From: Catajapyx aquilonaris
Lineage: Eukaryota
Direction: 5' to 3'
DNA length: 33,237 nucleotides
NCBI GenBank assembly: GCA_000934665.2
Contig: KZ539114.1
Span: forward strand, 1-33,237
Every line of letters begins with the position of its first letter. Positions within the stretch are counted from its first letter, which is position 1. Shown here piece after piece: positions 31,580 through 33,237 of the stretch. A model generated the notes under the pieces. It was not told the DNA's origin. It saw only the letters and a program-made list of their open reading frames with translations, and ran no database searches. The translations under genes were made by a program, and so were the position numbers.

Positions 31580-32104
31580 GTTTGGTACAGGGGACGTGGA
31601 TGAGTACATGGACGTCTTCAATGACACAGAAGCCACCAAGGAGGCAGGGATTCAGGCTGGCAATGCGATTTTCCAGTACATCTACAATGGATCACATACT
31701 CCATTAAGTGAAATACGGTACAATATGTTCTCAAGGAAGGCAGCGGCAGGAGTGATCAAACCAGAGACTCTACCTCCAACACAGGGTGCAGCTGCACAGC
31801 ATTCACTCCGTGCCTACCTGCAGACCCGGGACTGGATCCTTCTACAGAGTATGTCTCTGAACCCCATTGGCTATGGATGGACATTAGGTGTACATGGGCA
31901 CGAGCCAGTTCCAACACTAGACCCCATTGCTCCAGAGGAGCTACTGAAGTTCACGAGCTGTAATTGTCATGGAGATTGCAGCAACCAACAACGGTGCAGC
32001 TGCAAGAAGAATGGGGTCAGGTGCATCTCAGCCTGTGGAGTCTGTAAAGGCATAACATGCAGAAATAATTGCAGTCATGATGCTGTTGAATCTGAAGAAG
32101 ACAT
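31580..32104 (+). pseudogene. Academ-type transposon protein C-terminal fragment (XPG-like end + Cys-rich finger), antisense within an APTX intron
   Basis: IRYNMF..PETLPPTQGAAAQHSLRAYLQ..W..P..YGW..P..APEELL..CNC..C..RCSCKKNG..C..AC..C..C.N; no introns and no true start. Confidence 0.75.
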
Positions 32105-32696
32105 CAGTAAATCTCTAAGTCGAACTTCCCTAAGTCGAAGTTCTCTATAAGTCGAATAAAATGATGAGCTTGGTTGGTCACAATGTAAAATAATAGGAAA
32201 TAAACTTCCCTAACTCGAATTTCTATAACTCGAAGTTCTCCATAACTCGAAGTGAAGTGCAGGGCCTTACAATGGGATATCAGTGCATTTCAGTCTCCCT
32301 AAGTGGAAGTTCATGTTGCAAGTCCAGAAAATTTTGTCATTTCCCAGCCGAAGGGTCGAGACGAGGTCACATGTACAGAAAGCTAAGCTCAATTTCCTGA
32401 TCTACGTCTACCAGACGTAGCCAAAGAAGTGTTTGACTTGATTGTGACAATTGAACCATGAGTCTAAGGGTAGGCAAATGTCCATAACGGAGATTTTTTC
32501 ACAACAAAACAATGAGGAACATTGTAAGTGTGATAGTGATAGTTATTTTCAAGTTATGAACTCCTTTCGTCGCTGGATATAAAGGTGGGTTGCATTATAG
32601 TTTTGTGCTTAAAAAATTTCGAACGTCTCTAACTCGAATCTTCTATAACTCGAAGTTTTTTCCCGGTCCCATGGAGATTCGACTTATAGAAGTTTA
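32105..32696. mobile_element. Second copy of the 1809-2373 MITE, inserted at the end of the Academ reading frame
   Basis: Collinear similarity over the whole length (e.g. CTTGGTTGGTCACAATGTAAAA, TCTACCAGACGTA, TTCGACTTATAGAAGTTT); termini eroded. Confidence 0.88.
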
Positions 32697-33146
32697 TTAT
32701 GAAGAGAGACATAATTATGAAGACTATGACTGTGGAAGCTATAGTGAGAAATAACTTTGGGTATTATATAAGTAATTCAAATAAAAGCTGCTTTGAAATG
32801 AAAATATGCGTGTGTCATTTGCTGACAATCAACTCAGAATCACGAAAATCCCTCATCTAACCCCTCATAAGGTCCGATTTCAGGAATATCGATTTGTCGA
32901 ACATCATTTGTCAATATCCTGGCTTGAGCTAATCTTTGGGGGGGGGGGGGCACTACTGGTGTTAGTCTGAACACGTGTGTTAAATTTCGTAAATTTTGGA
33001 ATAGGTCGGGTGACATCTGGAAATTTTTTGGGTCGATCTGTCACGGAATTACCCGCTCCTGACTTGAGCTAATTTTTTGGGGGGTTTCCCACTGGAGTTG
33101 AACTTCAACATTTTAAACGATGTTAGTACACACCTTTATAAACATA

Positions 33147-33237
33147 CTAGCAGGATACCCGGCGTTGCTCGGGTTATGAAAGACTTTTCCATAGGAGTGA
33201 CTCATTGATTTAGTAGTAACCTTTGCAATAATTATGG
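33147..33237 (-). mobile_element. Helitron 3' terminus
   Basis: Minus strand reads CCCGAGCAACGCCGGG hairpin + TATCCTGCTAG|T. Confidence 0.7.

Noticed and set aside
29959..33237. Upstream APTX exon encoding DKYPK or an FHA domain
   Set aside because: No matching frame with a donor was found; it presumably lies outside the window

Overview
Eukaryotic, invertebrate (probably arthropod) genomic DNA. It carries a complete 10-coding-exon 3-phosphoinositide-dependent protein kinase 1 gene (PDK1/PDPK1) on the + strand (4482-21654, 585 aa by my splicing). Convergent with it on the - strand are the last three coding exons of aprataxin (APTX, 29418-29956); the APTX 5' exons appear to lie beyond the window. 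Most introns are tiny (54-142 nt), but the large ones are packed with transposons, many with readable TIRs and TSDs: Tc1/pogo-type, PIF/Harbinger, hAT-Buster, Sola-like, piggyBac-like, Kolobok-like, Chapaev3, P-like, Academ and Helitron elements, plus three tRNA-derived SINE families, one with a V-SINE-like core. Highlights: (1) a 6.7-kb U12-type (minor spliceosome) intron inside the kinase domain; (2) a candidate spliced upstream ORF of at least 84 aa, spread over three putative leader exons and overlapping the PDK1 start out of frame, suggesting a possible bicistronic or uORF-regulated transcript; (3) several nested transposon stacks. All calls were made by eye; no database searches were run.
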